Virus record (IMG/VR): IMGVR_UViG_3300028394_000001
Coordinates: 32,001-96,000 of that record
Origin: a virus
Reading direction: 5' to 3' (one strand)
DNA length: 64,000 bases
Shown: positions 36,155-46,794 of the stretch, in pieces
Layout of the letters: each line of letters opens with the position of its first letter
Numbering within the stretch: the first letter of the stretch is position 1
Position numbers and translations under genes: made by a program
Notes under the pieces: model-generated
Seen by the model: the letters and a program-made list of their open reading frames with translations, nothing else
Told to the model about the DNA's origin: nothing
The model's database searches: none

Positions 36155-37524
36155 AAAATAAAAAAGATGTAATTAAGGATGTAATGAAACCTACATCTAT
36201 TTCACCAAAAAGTAGTTTTACTGACCCAAATGAACCTTGGTCAGCAAAAGCTAATGTTGCTGAAAATATTACATCAAAGCGTTCAGATTTACTGAAACAA
36301 TTTTACAAGTCAAAAGGTTGGAATGTGAATTACATTACTAAAAATAAAAGAGTATCTCAATCTAAAACTGGTGACTATGATAAATGGAAAAGAGACCATG
36401 GCATTTATGAAGATGACCAAATCGATGAAGTGTCAAATGAATTACTGGGTCGTTACAAGACTGCTGCAGGAAGTCAAGCATCAACATTAGATAAAGCTGG
36501 TGGTAAAGAAAACATTCAGAAAGCTAACAAGCGTTTCTCTGGTATTGTTAAAGCAACCAAGAAACAATTTGCAAATGATGATAAAAAACAAGGCGTAATG
36601 GAAATGGACAAATCACAAACTCCCCCAGGCCGTGATGGTCCACCAAGACCTGGACCAGACAAATATGTCAAACCTATCAGTGCTAAAAAATTTGTAAATC
36701 ATGCATTAAGCATTTTGCAAAAATCATCGCAGGCCGGGGATAAAAAGAAGGATGTGAAAGAGGCAAAAGATGCTGGTGAATATGATTATGAAGGTGCAAT
36801 GGCCAAAACACAACTTCAAACAATTTGCAGAAACGCTGAAGCTTTAAAAGATATGCTTGATGATGATGAGAATCTTCCAGAATGGGTACAAGCAAAAATC
36901 ACAAAAGCTGAAGACTATATCACAACATCACTGGATTATTTAAAATCCACCGATGAATTAGAAGAAGAAATTAGTTTAGATGAAGCTCTATCTAAAAATT
37001 CAACTGCTTACAATTGGATCCATGATTTTGTCCATTCAGACAATCCAAAGTTTGATGGAAAATCTAAAGCACAACGTATGCAAATGGCTCTTGCTGCGTA
37101 TTATGCAATGCAAAAAAGAAGTAGAACAAAAAATGAAGGTGTTGGTGACCCACAGGCAGCAACACAATCTCCAGCTGATGGTGCAAACGGAGGTGAAGAA
37201 CTCGCACCTCCAAAGAAGTCCATTAAAAGAATTGTAAAAGAATTTCACTCAGCTTCTCGTAAAGTACAAGAAGATTTATATGATTGGGAGAAAGACGATA
37301 AGGCCGCAAAGCCTTATGGCAAAAAACCAACCACACAAAAAATAGACGGTGTGAATAACATAGGTGACGATAAACCGGATGCAAAGTTGATACTAAAAGG
37401 TGGTAAAACATTGACTGGTGAACCAAGAGATACCGTTGAAATTGATCCCATGTTAAAAAATCGTAGTAAGATGCCAGACTACAAGAGTATGGACAAAATC
37501 AAGCAGAAACCACAAGAACAATAA
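36151..37524 (+). CDS. Charged late protein, probable internal head protein
   Basis: Shares the [13 protein letters not shown] module; [10 protein letters not shown]. Confidence 0.55.
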   Translation: MKNKKDVIKDVMKPTSISPKSSFTDPNEPWSAKANVAENITSKRSDLLKQFYKSKGWNVNYITKNKRVSQSKTGDYDKWKRDHGIYEDDQIDEVSNELLGRYKTAAGSQASTLDKAGGKENIQKANKRFSGIVKATKKQFANDDKKQGVMEMDKSQTPPGRDGPPRPGPDKYVKPISAKKFVNHALSILQKSSQAGDKKKDVKEAKDAGEYDYEGAMAKTQLQTICRNAEALKDMLDDDENLPEWVQAKITKAEDYITTSLDYLKSTDELEEEISLDEALSKNSTAYNWIHDFVHSDNPKFDGKSKAQRMQMALAAYYAMQKRSRTKNEGVGDPQAATQSPADGANGGEELAPPKKSIKRIVKEFHSASRKVQEDLYDWEKDDKAAKPYGKKPTTQKIDGVNNIGDDKPDAKLILKGGKTLTGEPRDTVEIDPMLKNRSKMPDYKSMDKIKQKPQEQ

Positions 37525-37558
37525 ATAGATAGAATACCTTTCTACCCAAGGAGAAAAA

Positions 37559-38182
37559 ATGACAAACGTATGGAATAAAACCGATACCCCAGAAACACCA
37601 GGTAACTTTGGACATCCAGAGTGGCCTGTTCAACGCCAAGTTAGAACTGTTGCACAACTAGTTACATCCAATTTGACAGTTACTGGCGCAACAACGATTA
37701 AATTTACACTTCCAGCAGCTGTTTCCACTGTTGGTCTTGCCGCTGGTCAATTTGTCAATCTTCTAGGTGGTGGTTCAGCAGTTGCAAACCTTTCTTCAAA
37801 TGGTTCTCCTGGAATGTTCGTTTCGAATAACACTGTTGCTTCTGTTTCTGCAAATTTGGTTGTATTAACAACCGGTGTTACAGGAAACATTGCGGCAGGA
37901 TCAACGATTGGTTTTGATGCAGCTATTGTAAGACCTACAGGTGAAGTTTCTGCAACTTATTACGCAGATACAGTTCTTGCAACAGATTCTAGAATTACTA
38001 ATGCTAATAATAAAATTGGCGGTTCAGTCAATACAGGTTGGGTTCACGTTAGAAAGAAAACAAATGGTTTAACTGGTGAAGTTCGTTACATTAGAGAAAC
38101 TCTGGTTTGTTTGACTGATGCTTCATCCGTAAACACTGCTGGTGGTAACACTTCATGGGGTAGAGCATTCGCTAATACCTAA
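37559..38182 (+). CDS. Probable virion structural protein
   Basis: T/G/A/N-rich; ATAAATA at 37521; AAGGAG RBS. Confidence 0.6.
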   Translation: MTNVWNKTDTPETPGNFGHPEWPVQRQVRTVAQLVTSNLTVTGATTIKFTLPAAVSTVGLAAGQFVNLLGGGSAVANLSSNGSPGMFVSNNTVASVSANLVVLTTGVTGNIAAGSTIGFDAAIVRPTGEVSATYYADTVLATDSRITNANNKIGGSVNTGWVHVRKKTNGLTGEVRYIRETLVCLTDASSVNTAGGNTSWGRAFANT

Positions 38183-38197
38183 TGTAATCTTTTTATA

Positions 38198-38587
38198 ATG
38201 AATTTTGATGACCTAAATGAAGACAACTTTGTGATGTATGCAGTAAAATGTTATACATCACCTAGTTGTTTAATGTCTGAGTTTGAGGGAGACTTAAAAA
38301 GAACAAAATACCTAAAAAGGTTATTTCGTAGATATAAGGCAACTAAAAACATAAAAGAAAGACTAATTCTCAATCATATTATTCTCTTAAATAATGTATT
38401 CGGACCTGAAGCAACTTCCAGAATATTGTTTTTTAGAATTGATGAGAAGGATTACGATTCACTAAAGACATTTCTGTTATTCTTAAATATATTGCCAAAG
38501 GTAATAAAGGGTATAAGAGGTAAACACATAGATACAGATTTAATATCAGTAGACATGAAAATAGCAGACATACTAAGAAACATATGA
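38198..38587 (+). CDS. Conserved T4-like hypothetical protein
   Basis: KYLKRLF, ERLILNHII..NVFG. Confidence 0.75.
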   Translation: MNFDDLNEDNFVMYAVKCYTSPSCLMSEFEGDLKRTKYLKRLFRRYKATKNIKERLILNHIILLNNVFGPEATSRILFFRIDEKDYDSLKTFLLFLNILPKVIKGIRGKHIDTDLISVDMKIADILRNI

Positions 38588-39099
38588 TAACATTCAAACA
38601 ATTCCTAGAAGAAAAGAAAACCCTAAGAAACACAAATCCATGTTGGACTGGTTATCATCCAATTGGTACTAAACAAAAGGGTGGCCGAACAGTTCCTAAT
38701 TGTGTTCCAGAAGAAGTGGAAGCAATGTTCGATATTATTGAAGAACTGGTCATGGAAATCTCAGAAGTACACCATATTGATCCTGAAATCATTTGGGAAG
38801 AACTTGCAGATGTATCAGATGAAGAACTATACGAATCTGCTGCATGGAGACGCAGCGAAGGTAAAGATCCTAAGGGTGGCTTGAACAGAAAAGGTATCGC
38901 ATCTTATCGCCGTGAAAATCCAGGTTCGAAGTTAAGTATGGCAGTAACTACAAAACCATCAAAATTAAAACCAGGTTCTAAAGCAGCAAATCGCCGTAAA
39001 TCATTTTGTGCTAGGATGGGCGGTATGCAAGGTGCAATGAAAAAACCTAATGGTGAACCTTCACGCAAAGCTTTAGCACTGAGAAAATGGAATTGCTAA
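38584..39099 (+). CDS. Late protein with capsid-targeting-like N-terminus
   Basis: MITFKQFLEE; CWTGY..VPNCVP; RRKSFCARM. Confidence 0.7.
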   Translation: MITFKQFLEEKKTLRNTNPCWTGYHPIGTKQKGGRTVPNCVPEEVEAMFDIIEELVMEISEVHHIDPEIIWEELADVSDEELYESAAWRRSEGKDPKGGLNRKGIASYRRENPGSKLSMAVTTKPSKLKPGSKAANRRKSFCARMGGMQGAMKKPNGEPSRKALALRKWNC

Positions 39100-39296
39100 T
39101 GCAAACCTTCAAACAATTTGTAACTGAAATTGAAATAAAAGAAGACGGCATGGCTGCTGCTGGTCCAACTAATGTAGTTGGAAACGGTGCTATCGCCGGT
39201 ACAGGTGGTCCAGGTGGTGAACCTGGCGTCAATCTTAAAAAGAAAAAGAAAGTTGTTCTTCAACCAATGAGACTTAGAGCTCCACCGAGGATGTAA
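39099..39296 (+). CDS. Small late protein with capsid-targeting-like N-terminus
   Basis: MQTFKQFVTE. Confidence 0.6.
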   Translation: MQTFKQFVTEIEIKEDGMAAAGPTNVVGNGAIAGTGGPGGEPGVNLKKKKKVVLQPMRLRAPPRM

Positions 39297-39298
39297 TT

Positions 39299-39724
39299 AT
39301 GTTTATGTGGTTATTGGATTTCTTACCTGATTGGGTTTTTTATGTTCCATTCTTTCTGAGTCTATTTGGGTTAATCATATCATTTTTTGCACCAATGCAT
39401 AAGACACTCATACAAGTTGTTTGTGTGTGTGTTTTATTGTTTTCCGTATACATGTTTGGTGGCATTTCTGAAAACAAAAAATGGAAAGAACGTGTCACTG
39501 AATTAGAAGCTAAAGTTGTTGTAGCTGAAAATAAATCTGCAATAGAAACGGTAAAAGTTGTTGAGAAGGTTGTTTATGAGAAACAAATCATCAAACAAAA
39601 AGGTGCAGATGTTATTAAGTACATAGACAAAGAAGTTGTCAAATATGATACCAAGTTTCTACCTGGCGGACCTTGTGAAATGCCTAAAGAATTTATCGAA
39701 TCTTTGAATAAGGCCGCAGAATGA
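39299..39724 (+). CDS. Inner-membrane spanin (Rz-like)
   Basis: Transmembrane segments plus coiled coil and C-terminal Cys; precedes a lipoprotein. Confidence 0.72.
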   Translation: MFMWLLDFLPDWVFYVPFFLSLFGLIISFFAPMHKTLIQVVCVCVLLFSVYMFGGISENKKWKERVTELEAKVVVAENKSAIETVKVVEKVVYEKQIIKQKGADVIKYIDKEVVKYDTKFLPGGPCEMPKEFIESLNKAAE

Positions 39725-40005
39725 ACCTAATTAAATTATTCATCCTCTGTATTTTTATCGTATTAATGTTTCTTGTTACGGGATGTTCAACAACTGTTCC
39801 TGTAACAGTTAATTTTCCTTCTATTCCGGAAGAACTGAATGTACAATGTCCTCCGTTGAAGAAAATACCAGATGAATCAAAACTAAGTGACATTTCAAAA
39901 ACAATAACAGAAAACTACAAACAATACAAAGATTGTTCTGCTAATAATAGTGGATTGATTGAATGGTTTAATAAACAAAAGAAAATATTTGAGGAGTTAC
40001 AATGA
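39721..40005 (+). CDS. Outer-membrane spanin (Rz1-like lipoprotein)
   Basis: Lipobox VTGC, Pro-rich. Confidence 0.78.
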   Translation: MNLIKLFILCIFIVLMFLVTGCSTTVPVTVNFPSIPEELNVQCPPLKKIPDESKLSDISKTITENYKQYKDCSANNSGLIEWFNKQKKIFEELQ

Positions 40006-40610
40006 TTACACTAGAACAACTACAACAACTTCTTCCAAACAATCAATATGTTCAACAATGGCATGAAGCATTAGAGCAACTATTGCCTGACTATGAGATT
40101 AATACACCACATCGGATCGCAGCATTTATTGCTCAATGTTCACATGAGTCTGGTAGTTTCACTACATTAAAAGAAAACTTAAACTACAGAGCTGTAACTC
40201 TCCGCAAAGTATTTCCAAAATATTTCACTGATGCAGCGGCCGAACAGTTCGCAGGCAAAGCTGAAGCTATTGCAAATCGTGTATACGCAAATAGAATGGG
40301 TAATGGTCCCGAAGAATCGGGTGACGGTTATCGTTACTGCGGCCGAGGCCTAATTCAGTTGACAGGTAAACAAAATTATCAAAATTTTGCCGATAGTTTA
40401 CAAATGGCAGTAGAAGATGTTCCTGAATATCTTGCCACATTTGAAGGCGCTGTACAAAGTGCCTGCTGGTTCTGGGAAAGCAACAACCTAAATCAATTTG
40501 CCGATACAGGCGATATCCTAACAATGACCAAACGCATCAATGGAGGAACCATTGGTTTAGAAGATAGAATTAAACACTACGAACATGCACTGCATGTATT
40601 AGGAGCATAA
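40002..40610 (+). CDS. GH19 endolysin
   Basis: AQCSHES, ENLNY, GRGLIQLTG, INGG..GLEDR. Confidence 0.93.
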   Translation: MITLEQLQQLLPNNQYVQQWHEALEQLLPDYEINTPHRIAAFIAQCSHESGSFTTLKENLNYRAVTLRKVFPKYFTDAAAEQFAGKAEAIANRVYANRMGNGPEESGDGYRYCGRGLIQLTGKQNYQNFADSLQMAVEDVPEYLATFEGAVQSACWFWESNNLNQFADTGDILTMTKRINGGTIGLEDRIKHYEHALHVLGA

Positions 40611-40611
40611 A

Positions 40612-41064
40612 ATGTCAACACAAGAACATGATATTGAAGCACTAGTTAAAGATGTAAAAGAATTACGGGATGCTCAGATGGCTGCTGCCAGCAAAGGCGG
40701 CCTGGTTGAGAAGATAACCTTTGCAGGCATACCCATCATGTTTTCATGCATAGTGTATCTCATGACAGCCTTGAGCGCGGCCAGCCATGACCTTACTGTG
40801 CTGCAAAGCAAAATCAATGTGGTAGTGAGTGCCGAGAACAAGGCCATTCCACCTCAAGGAACCACTATTGAGATGGAAAAGATCAAAGAAGAAGCGGCAT
40901 TGGCTCGAGCAGCAATGACTTTAGAACGCACCAAAGATATGGCTGCCATGAGAGAAGAATCAGCATTGGGCAGAGCAAAAATCCGTGAAGACTCAGCCTT
41001 GGCCCGTGCAGATTTGGACAGCCGCCTTGACCTACTTGAATACAAAGTGTTTGGCAAAAGATAA
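40612..41064 (+). CDS. Membrane-anchored coiled-coil protein
   Basis: Single transmembrane segment; internal REE(S/A)AL(A/G)RA repeats. Confidence 0.65.
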   Translation: MSTQEHDIEALVKDVKELRDAQMAAASKGGLVEKITFAGIPIMFSCIVYLMTALSAASHDLTVLQSKINVVVSAENKAIPPQGTTIEMEKIKEEAALARAAMTLERTKDMAAMREESALGRAKIREDSALARADLDSRLDLLEYKVFGKR

Positions 41065-41069
41065 GAGAA

Positions 41070-41456
41070 ATGTCACGACACACCCATAAAAAAGAAGATT
41101 GGATGAATTCTAAATGGCGTCCAGCCATGGGATGGATGTACATGCTGGTATGTACCTGTGACTTTGTAATATTTCCAATTTTGTGGAGTCTATTGCAAGC
41201 ATTTAGTCATGGCCAAGTTACAAGTCAATGGCAACCACTAACACTTCAAGGTGCAGGTTTGTTTCATCTTGCTATGGGTGGTGTATTAGGTGTTGCGGCT
41301 TTTGGCAGAACACAAGAGAAGATAAGTGGAACAAATTATGTTGCTCCACCTGTACCACCAACACCTAACAATCAACCAATTATAAATAATCAAACACCAA
41401 CAACAGTTGTTGGTCGTAAAAGTCCAGTTCCCGAATCTAGTCAACCAATGCTTTGA
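41070..41456 (+). CDS. Holin, 3TM GTA type
   Basis: WRPAMGW..MGGVLG..RTQEK. Confidence 0.78.
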   Translation: MSRHTHKKEDWMNSKWRPAMGWMYMLVCTCDFVIFPILWSLLQAFSHGQVTSQWQPLTLQGAGLFHLAMGGVLGVAAFGRTQEKISGTNYVAPPVPPTPNNQPIINNQTPTTVVGRKSPVPESSQPML

Positions 41457-41462
41457 GGTCCT

Positions 41463-41663
41463 ATGAAACAAATTAAACACTATGTCAGTTTATTATTCCT
41501 TGCATGTTTCTTGCTTGTAACAGTAACACCAACAATAGCTGCAACCAAAGAAGTTTGCAGAACAGTAAAAAATACTCAAGGAAAAATCAAAAGTGTTTGC
41601 AAAAAAATTAAAGTCCATAAGAAATTGGATGGCACTAAAGTTCCAGAGAAAAAGAAAAAATAA
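41463..41663 (+). CDS. Small secreted basic protein
   Basis: Signal peptide, two Cys. Confidence 0.6.
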   Translation: MKQIKHYVSLLFLACFLLVTVTPTIAATKEVCRTVKNTQGKIKSVCKKIKVHKKLDGTKVPEKKKK

Positions 41664-42088
41664 TGGCAACACCAGACGATTTAACGAAGGTCCAAGTGGA
41701 TGTTGGTGTTTTAAAGACGCAAGTCACAACAATCACTACACTCTGTAACAAGATGGACCAAGTAATAGAAAAATTGGTGGATCAGCATGACCGCCATATA
41801 TCTAAAGTCTATGACGATATTGATAAGAGGCGCGTGGAGACTGATATGGATATTAAAGAGATACATGGACGTATTGATACCGTCTTAGAAAAAGTTCAAG
41901 ATACTGAAAAAACTCTATTGGGTGAAATCAAAGGTCTCCGCAAAGAAATGCAAGACCACAATACCAAGGAAAAAGAAAAGCTTCAACAACTTCTGGATTG
42001 GAAGTGGATGATTGTTGGTGGCATAATTGTCGTTACATGGTTGCTTTCTCATGTAGGACCTGATATACTACTAGGAAATATAAAGTAA
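41663..42088 (+). CDS. Coiled-coil protein with C-terminal transmembrane segment
   Basis: WKWMIVGG. Confidence 0.7.
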   Translation: MATPDDLTKVQVDVGVLKTQVTTITTLCNKMDQVIEKLVDQHDRHISKVYDDIDKRRVETDMDIKEIHGRIDTVLEKVQDTEKTLLGEIKGLRKEMQDHNTKEKEKLQQLLDWKWMIVGGIIVVTWLLSHVGPDILLGNIK

Positions 42089-42107
42089 CTTAACTTCCTG
42101 GTTTATT

Positions 42108-43109
42108 ATGAGCGTCTTCATTGACAGAAATTTCCTATTACAAGTATCACCAAAATTGCAGAGGTTTTCCAAGAAAAAGGATGACCTCTACAACTTTCGG
42201 TGTCCTCTCTGTGGAGACTCACAGAAAAACAAAAGCAAATGCCGTGGTTATGTCTATCGTAAGAAGAATGACTACTTCTATATGTGCCACAATTGTGGTG
42301 TATCTACATCGTTCTATAATTTTCTAAAACAAGTTGATCCTAATCTCCTTGATGAATATCAGATGGAACGGTATAAGAATTCCGCAAACACAAATTCACC
42401 TGAACCTGAGTTCTCCGAATTAAAAGTTAAACCGGCATTTGTCAAGAAATTGGATCTACCAACTATTGAATCATTGCCAGATGAACACTACGCTAAGAAA
42501 TATGTTATAGGTAGAATGATACCAAAAAACATGTATTCGCAGTTGTATTATTCTGATGACTTCAAGGCTTTTGTGGATTCTTTTGGAGTTGAAAAAGATA
42601 TTATGGAAGGTGACAAACGCCTAATCATTCCTTTCTTTGATAAAGAAGGGAACCTGACCGGATTTCAAGGCCGCGCTCTCGGTGAGTCGAAGATTCGTTA
42701 CATCACAATCAAACTCATGGACGATGTTCCACGCATGTTTGGAATCAACCGCGTAGATGAAGACAAACCAATTTATGTCTTTGAGGGACCAATTGATTCA
42801 ATGTTTATTAAAAATTCTGTAGCTGTCGCCAGTTCGTCACTAGAATCGGCCGCAGAATACTTGGACAAATCAAAAATTGTACTAGTATTCGACAATGAAC
42901 CTAGGAATAAAGAAATCGTGAAATTGATGGAACATGCCGTTGATAATCATTTCAATGTTGTTGTTTGGCCAGGAATCATAACAGACAAAGACATTAATGA
43001 TATGGTATTAACTGGATTTGACATTGAAGATTTGCATGATATAATGGAGAAACACACTTTTGTGAATCTTAGAGCTAAAATGGAATTTGTGAATTGGAAA
43101 AAAATATGA
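42108..43109 (+). CDS. gp61: DNA primase
   Basis: RCPLCGDS, CHNC, EGPIDSMF, DNEPRN. Confidence 0.96.
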   Translation: MSVFIDRNFLLQVSPKLQRFSKKKDDLYNFRCPLCGDSQKNKSKCRGYVYRKKNDYFYMCHNCGVSTSFYNFLKQVDPNLLDEYQMERYKNSANTNSPEPEFSELKVKPAFVKKLDLPTIESLPDEHYAKKYVIGRMIPKNMYSQLYYSDDFKAFVDSFGVEKDIMEGDKRLIIPFFDKEGNLTGFQGRALGESKIRYITIKLMDDVPRMFGINRVDEDKPIYVFEGPIDSMFIKNSVAVASSSLESAAEYLDKSKIVLVFDNEPRNKEIVKLMEHAVDNHFNVVVWPGIITDKDINDMVLTGFDIEDLHDIMEKHTFVNLRAKMEFVNWKKI

Positions 43110-43753
43110 ATGTAAATTTGATTTCGTACTCTCAAGGAGTGGATGGTAAAAGTTTGATGGACCAGGTTGCATATGCGGCCCGTGTGTCTAATCCAGCAAA
43201 CCAAAACAACTCAGAGACTGCTGAGAAGTTGGTCAGATACTTGATTAACAACCAACACTGGTCACCGTTGGAGATGGTTTCCGTATGTCTGGAGATTGAA
43301 ACAACCCGTGACATTGCAAGGCAGATTTTGCGACACCGTTCATTTTCATTCCAAGAATTTTCTCAACGATATGCTGATGCATCACAACTTGGTTTTGAAT
43401 TGCGTGAAGCAAGATTGCAAGATACCAAAAATCGGCAAAATAGTTTGCCTAGTACAGACTTCACACTGGATGATATGTGGCAAATTCAACAAAATAAACT
43501 TTTAGAACAAGTGCAAAAAACATACAAATGGGCCCTCGACAACGGTATTGCAAAAGAACAAGCTCGCGCAGTTCTACCTGAAGGTATGACAAAATCTCGT
43601 ATGTATATGAACGGAACCTTGAGGTCTTGGGTACACTATATACAACTCCGAAGCGCAAATGGTACACAGAAAGAACATCAAGAAATAGCTCTTGCATGTG
43701 CGGCCGCAATTGAACCAATTTTCCCAATGATTATGGAGTATACAAATGAATAG
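43106..43753 (+). CDS. thyX: Flavin-dependent thymidylate synthase
   Basis: RHRSFSFQEFSQRY, HWSPLE. Confidence 0.96.
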   Translation: MNVNLISYSQGVDGKSLMDQVAYAARVSNPANQNNSETAEKLVRYLINNQHWSPLEMVSVCLEIETTRDIARQILRHRSFSFQEFSQRYADASQLGFELREARLQDTKNRQNSLPSTDFTLDDMWQIQQNKLLEQVQKTYKWALDNGIAKEQARAVLPEGMTKSRMYMNGTLRSWVHYIQLRSANGTQKEHQEIALACAAAIEPIFPMIMEYTNE

Positions 43754-44117
43754 TTCTGATGATGTTAAACGATTTATGGATGCCTGTGACCAAAAAGAAA
43801 CAGGATTTGGAAAACAAGCAACTCTTTATATTGCCTTAATTCGAGAAGAATTTGATGAATTGATGAATGCGTTTTTTCGCCAAAACATGGTAGACATTGC
43901 AGATGGTTGTGCTGATTTAAAATGGGTCATTGAAGGACTAGAACATACATTGAAAATTCCACAACAAGATGTTTGGAATGAAGTTGCAAGAAGTAACCTG
44001 GCGAAAATTGACGATGAAACTGGAAAAGTATTAAAAAGAAACGATGGAAAAGTCCTAAAACCTGAAGGTTGGACTCCTCCTGATATTAAAAGTATTTTGA
44101 ATAATAATAAGGAATAA
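43746..44117 (+). CDS. MazG-like NTP pyrophosphohydrolase
   Basis: LIREEFDE, DGCAD, SNLAK, DGKVLKP. Confidence 0.85.
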   Translation: MNSSDDVKRFMDACDQKETGFGKQATLYIALIREEFDELMNAFFRQNMVDIADGCADLKWVIEGLEHTLKIPQQDVWNEVARSNLAKIDDETGKVLKRNDGKVLKPEGWTPPDIKSILNNNKE

Positions 44118-44119
44118 AC

Positions 44120-45904
44120 ATGGAATACCTGGGTATAAATATAGATTTAGAAAGAGATAAACTTTTTGATGAATTAGGAATAAAAAGACTTAAAGAGTCT
44201 TACATGAAAGATGATGAAACTTCACCACAACAACGATTTGCCTTCGTTTCCGCAGCCTTCGGAACTGACTCAGCTCACGCTCAACGATTGTACGACTATT
44301 CCTCAAAACACTGGTTATCTTATTCAACTCCTATTCTATCTTATGGTCGTTCTAAAAAAGGACTTCCAATATCGTGTTTCCTCAATTTTATCGATGATAC
44401 AGCGGAGGGTCTAGTTGATAACCTATCTGAAACAAATTGGCTCTCGATGTTCGGCGGCGGTGTCGGAATCGGTTTTGGTATTCGCTCAGCGGATGATAAA
44501 TCGACTGGAGTTATGCCTCACCTTAAAATCTATGATGCATCATCTCTCGCTTATAGACAAGGTAGGACTCGTCGTGGTAGTTATGCCGCTTATCTTGATA
44601 TTTCTCATCCGGATATTACAGCTTTTCTAGAAATGCGTAAACCTACAGGCGATCCGAATGTTAGATGCCTAAACTTACACCACGGGATAAATATAACAGA
44701 TGACTTTATGCAGTTGATTGAAGACTGTATGTTGGATCCAAATGCTGACGATTCTTGGAATTTAGTAGACCCATTCAGTAAAGAAATTCGTGAAACTGTT
44801 TCAGCTAAACACCTATGGCAACAGATTCTTGAATTGCGTATGCACACGGGTGAACCATATATTCACTACATCGATACCAGCAATAGAATGCTTCCGCAGT
44901 GGTTGAAGGACAAAGGCCTAAAAGTACACCAATCTAATCTTTGTTCAGAAATCATTTTACCGACAAATAAAGAAAGAACAGCTGTTTGTTGTCTTTCTTC
45001 ATTAAATCTGGAGAACTATGATGAATGGAAAGATGAACCATTATTTCTCAGGGATGTTGCAGAAATGCTGGATAATGTTTTGCAGTATTTCATTGATAAT
45101 GCTCCTAATACAGTTCAACGTGCTAGGTATTCTGCCGAGCGTGAGCGTTCTATTGGCGTTGGCGCCTTGGGCTTTCATGCCTACCTCCAACGAAACGGAA
45201 TTGCTTTTGAAGGAGTTATGGCCAAGGTCGCAAACAATAGAATCTTTAAGTCAATAAGAGAGGGATTAGATGAAGCTAATCTCATTTTGGGAAAAGAGCG
45301 TGGTGAAGCTCCAGATGCTCTTGGTACTGGCAAGCGTTTCAGTCATCTTATGGCTATTGCTCCAAATGCTTCTTCGTCTATCATTATGCGAAACACTAGC
45401 CCTAGCATCGAGCCTTATCGTGCTAACGCTTACCGTCAGGACACTTTATCTGGATCATTTTTGAATAAGAACAGATGGCTTGATATAATAATCAAAGGAT
45501 TGACACAAACAGAAGAAGAATATAATGAAGTGTGGTCTTCTATTATTGCTAATGATGGTTCTGTCCAACATTTGAATATTTTAAATGAAAATCAAAAAGC
45601 GGTATTCAAAACATCTATGGAAATTGACCAACGCTGGGTTATTGACTTGGCTGCCGATAGACAAGTGTATATCGACCAAGCACAGTCATTGAACCTATTC
45701 TTTAGACCTGATGTTAATATCAAGTATCTCCATGCTATTCACTTTATGGCCTGGAAAAAAGGATTGAAGACATTGTACTACTGCCGTTCAGAGAAGATTG
45801 GCAAAGCTGATAAAGTTTCAAAGAGAATTGAAAGACAAGTCATCAAAGAAATTGACATGACACAAATTGCACAAGGTAACGATTGTATAGCTTGTGAAGG
45901 TTAA
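44120..45904 (+). CDS. nrdA: Ribonucleotide reductase alpha subunit (class I, no ATP cone)
   Basis: ISCF, SNLCSEI, APNASSS, TLYY, C-terminal CIACEG. Confidence 0.96.
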   Translation: MEYLGINIDLERDKLFDELGIKRLKESYMKDDETSPQQRFAFVSAAFGTDSAHAQRLYDYSSKHWLSYSTPILSYGRSKKGLPISCFLNFIDDTAEGLVDNLSETNWLSMFGGGVGIGFGIRSADDKSTGVMPHLKIYDASSLAYRQGRTRRGSYAAYLDISHPDITAFLEMRKPTGDPNVRCLNLHHGINITDDFMQLIEDCMLDPNADDSWNLVDPFSKEIRETVSAKHLWQQILELRMHTGEPYIHYIDTSNRMLPQWLKDKGLKVHQSNLCSEIILPTNKERTAVCCLSSLNLENYDEWKDEPLFLRDVAEMLDNVLQYFIDNAPNTVQRARYSAERERSIGVGALGFHAYLQRNGIAFEGVMAKVANNRIFKSIREGLDEANLILGKERGEAPDALGTGKRFSHLMAIAPNASSSIIMRNTSPSIEPYRANAYRQDTLSGSFLNKNRWLDIIIKGLTQTEEEYNEVWSSIIANDGSVQHLNILNENQKAVFKTSMEIDQRWVIDLAADRQVYIDQAQSLNLFFRPDVNIKYLHAIHFMAWKKGLKTLYYCRSEKIGKADKVSKRIERQVIKEIDMTQIAQGNDCIACEG

Positions 45905-45906
45905 TT

Positions 45907-46152
45907 ATGTTTGAGTATATACTGACATTTTTTGCTGTATTTTTTACCGACATATTTTATACTTACTATTTGAAATCGGTACAAGAAGAAAAAGTAATTA
46001 ATGCCAGTATATGGGCTTCTATAGTTTTCGTTATTGCTTGTGTTGCAGTTATAAATTATACAGTTGACCATTGGTTATTAATTCCCGCCGGTGCAGGTGC
46101 ATTTTGTGGTACTTTCGTTGGTATGATTTTAAGACGGAGATTAATAAAATGA
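45907..46152 (+). CDS. Small membrane protein
   Basis: Three hydrophobic segments. Confidence 0.65.
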   Translation: MFEYILTFFAVFFTDIFYTYYLKSVQEEKVINASIWASIVFVIACVAVINYTVDHWLLIPAGAGAFCGTFVGMILRRRLIK

Positions 46153-46793
46153 AAACTATAGCTCTATTCCAAGATGACCGAAATAAAGAATCACTATCTT
46201 GTGTTGATGGTGTGATTGAAGCACTGTCACCACATTTTAATATTAAAATCTTTAAAAAAGAACAATGTACAGAAGAAACATTTGAGGGTGTTGATATGTT
46301 GGCATTTCCTGGAGGTGTTGGTGATGCAGATGATTATTTTCATATGTTTCCTAGGAAAAGAGCAAACGCAGTAGCTAAATTTGTTGAAAATGGTGGCGCA
46401 TATCTTGGTATATGTGTTGGTGCTTATTGGGCTGGTCCAAACTATTTTGACATCTTAAAAGGTGCAGAACCTGTACAATATATCAAAAGGCCTACCGCCG
46501 ATATTATGAGAAGTTTTAACATTGCTGCACATTGTATGTGGGAAGGTGAAGAAGAACAAATATTCTTCCGTGACGGCTGTACGTTTGTAGGAGACCTTAG
46601 TCATTCAGAAATAGTAAGCACATATTATAATAAAGAACCAATGTGTATTAGACAAGGTAAAATTGGTGTTATGGGTGCCTGTTTAGACTCTTTGGAATGG
46701 TGGTATGATAACAAGAAATTAAAACAATATTGGCATGAAGGCAGACACCATAAGTTATTATTGGAATTTGTTAATAAATTAACGGAGAAATAA
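46149..46793 (+). CDS. BPL_N / class I glutamine amidotransferase-like protein
   Basis: FPGG, GGAYLGICVGAY. Confidence 0.75.
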   Translation: MKTIALFQDDRNKESLSCVDGVIEALSPHFNIKIFKKEQCTEETFEGVDMLAFPGGVGDADDYFHMFPRKRANAVAKFVENGGAYLGICVGAYWAGPNYFDILKGAEPVQYIKRPTADIMRSFNIAAHCMWEGEEEQIFFRDGCTFVGDLSHSEIVSTYYNKEPMCIRQGKIGVMGACLDSLEWWYDNKKLKQYWHEGRHHKLLLEFVNKLTEK

Positions 46794-46794
46794 A

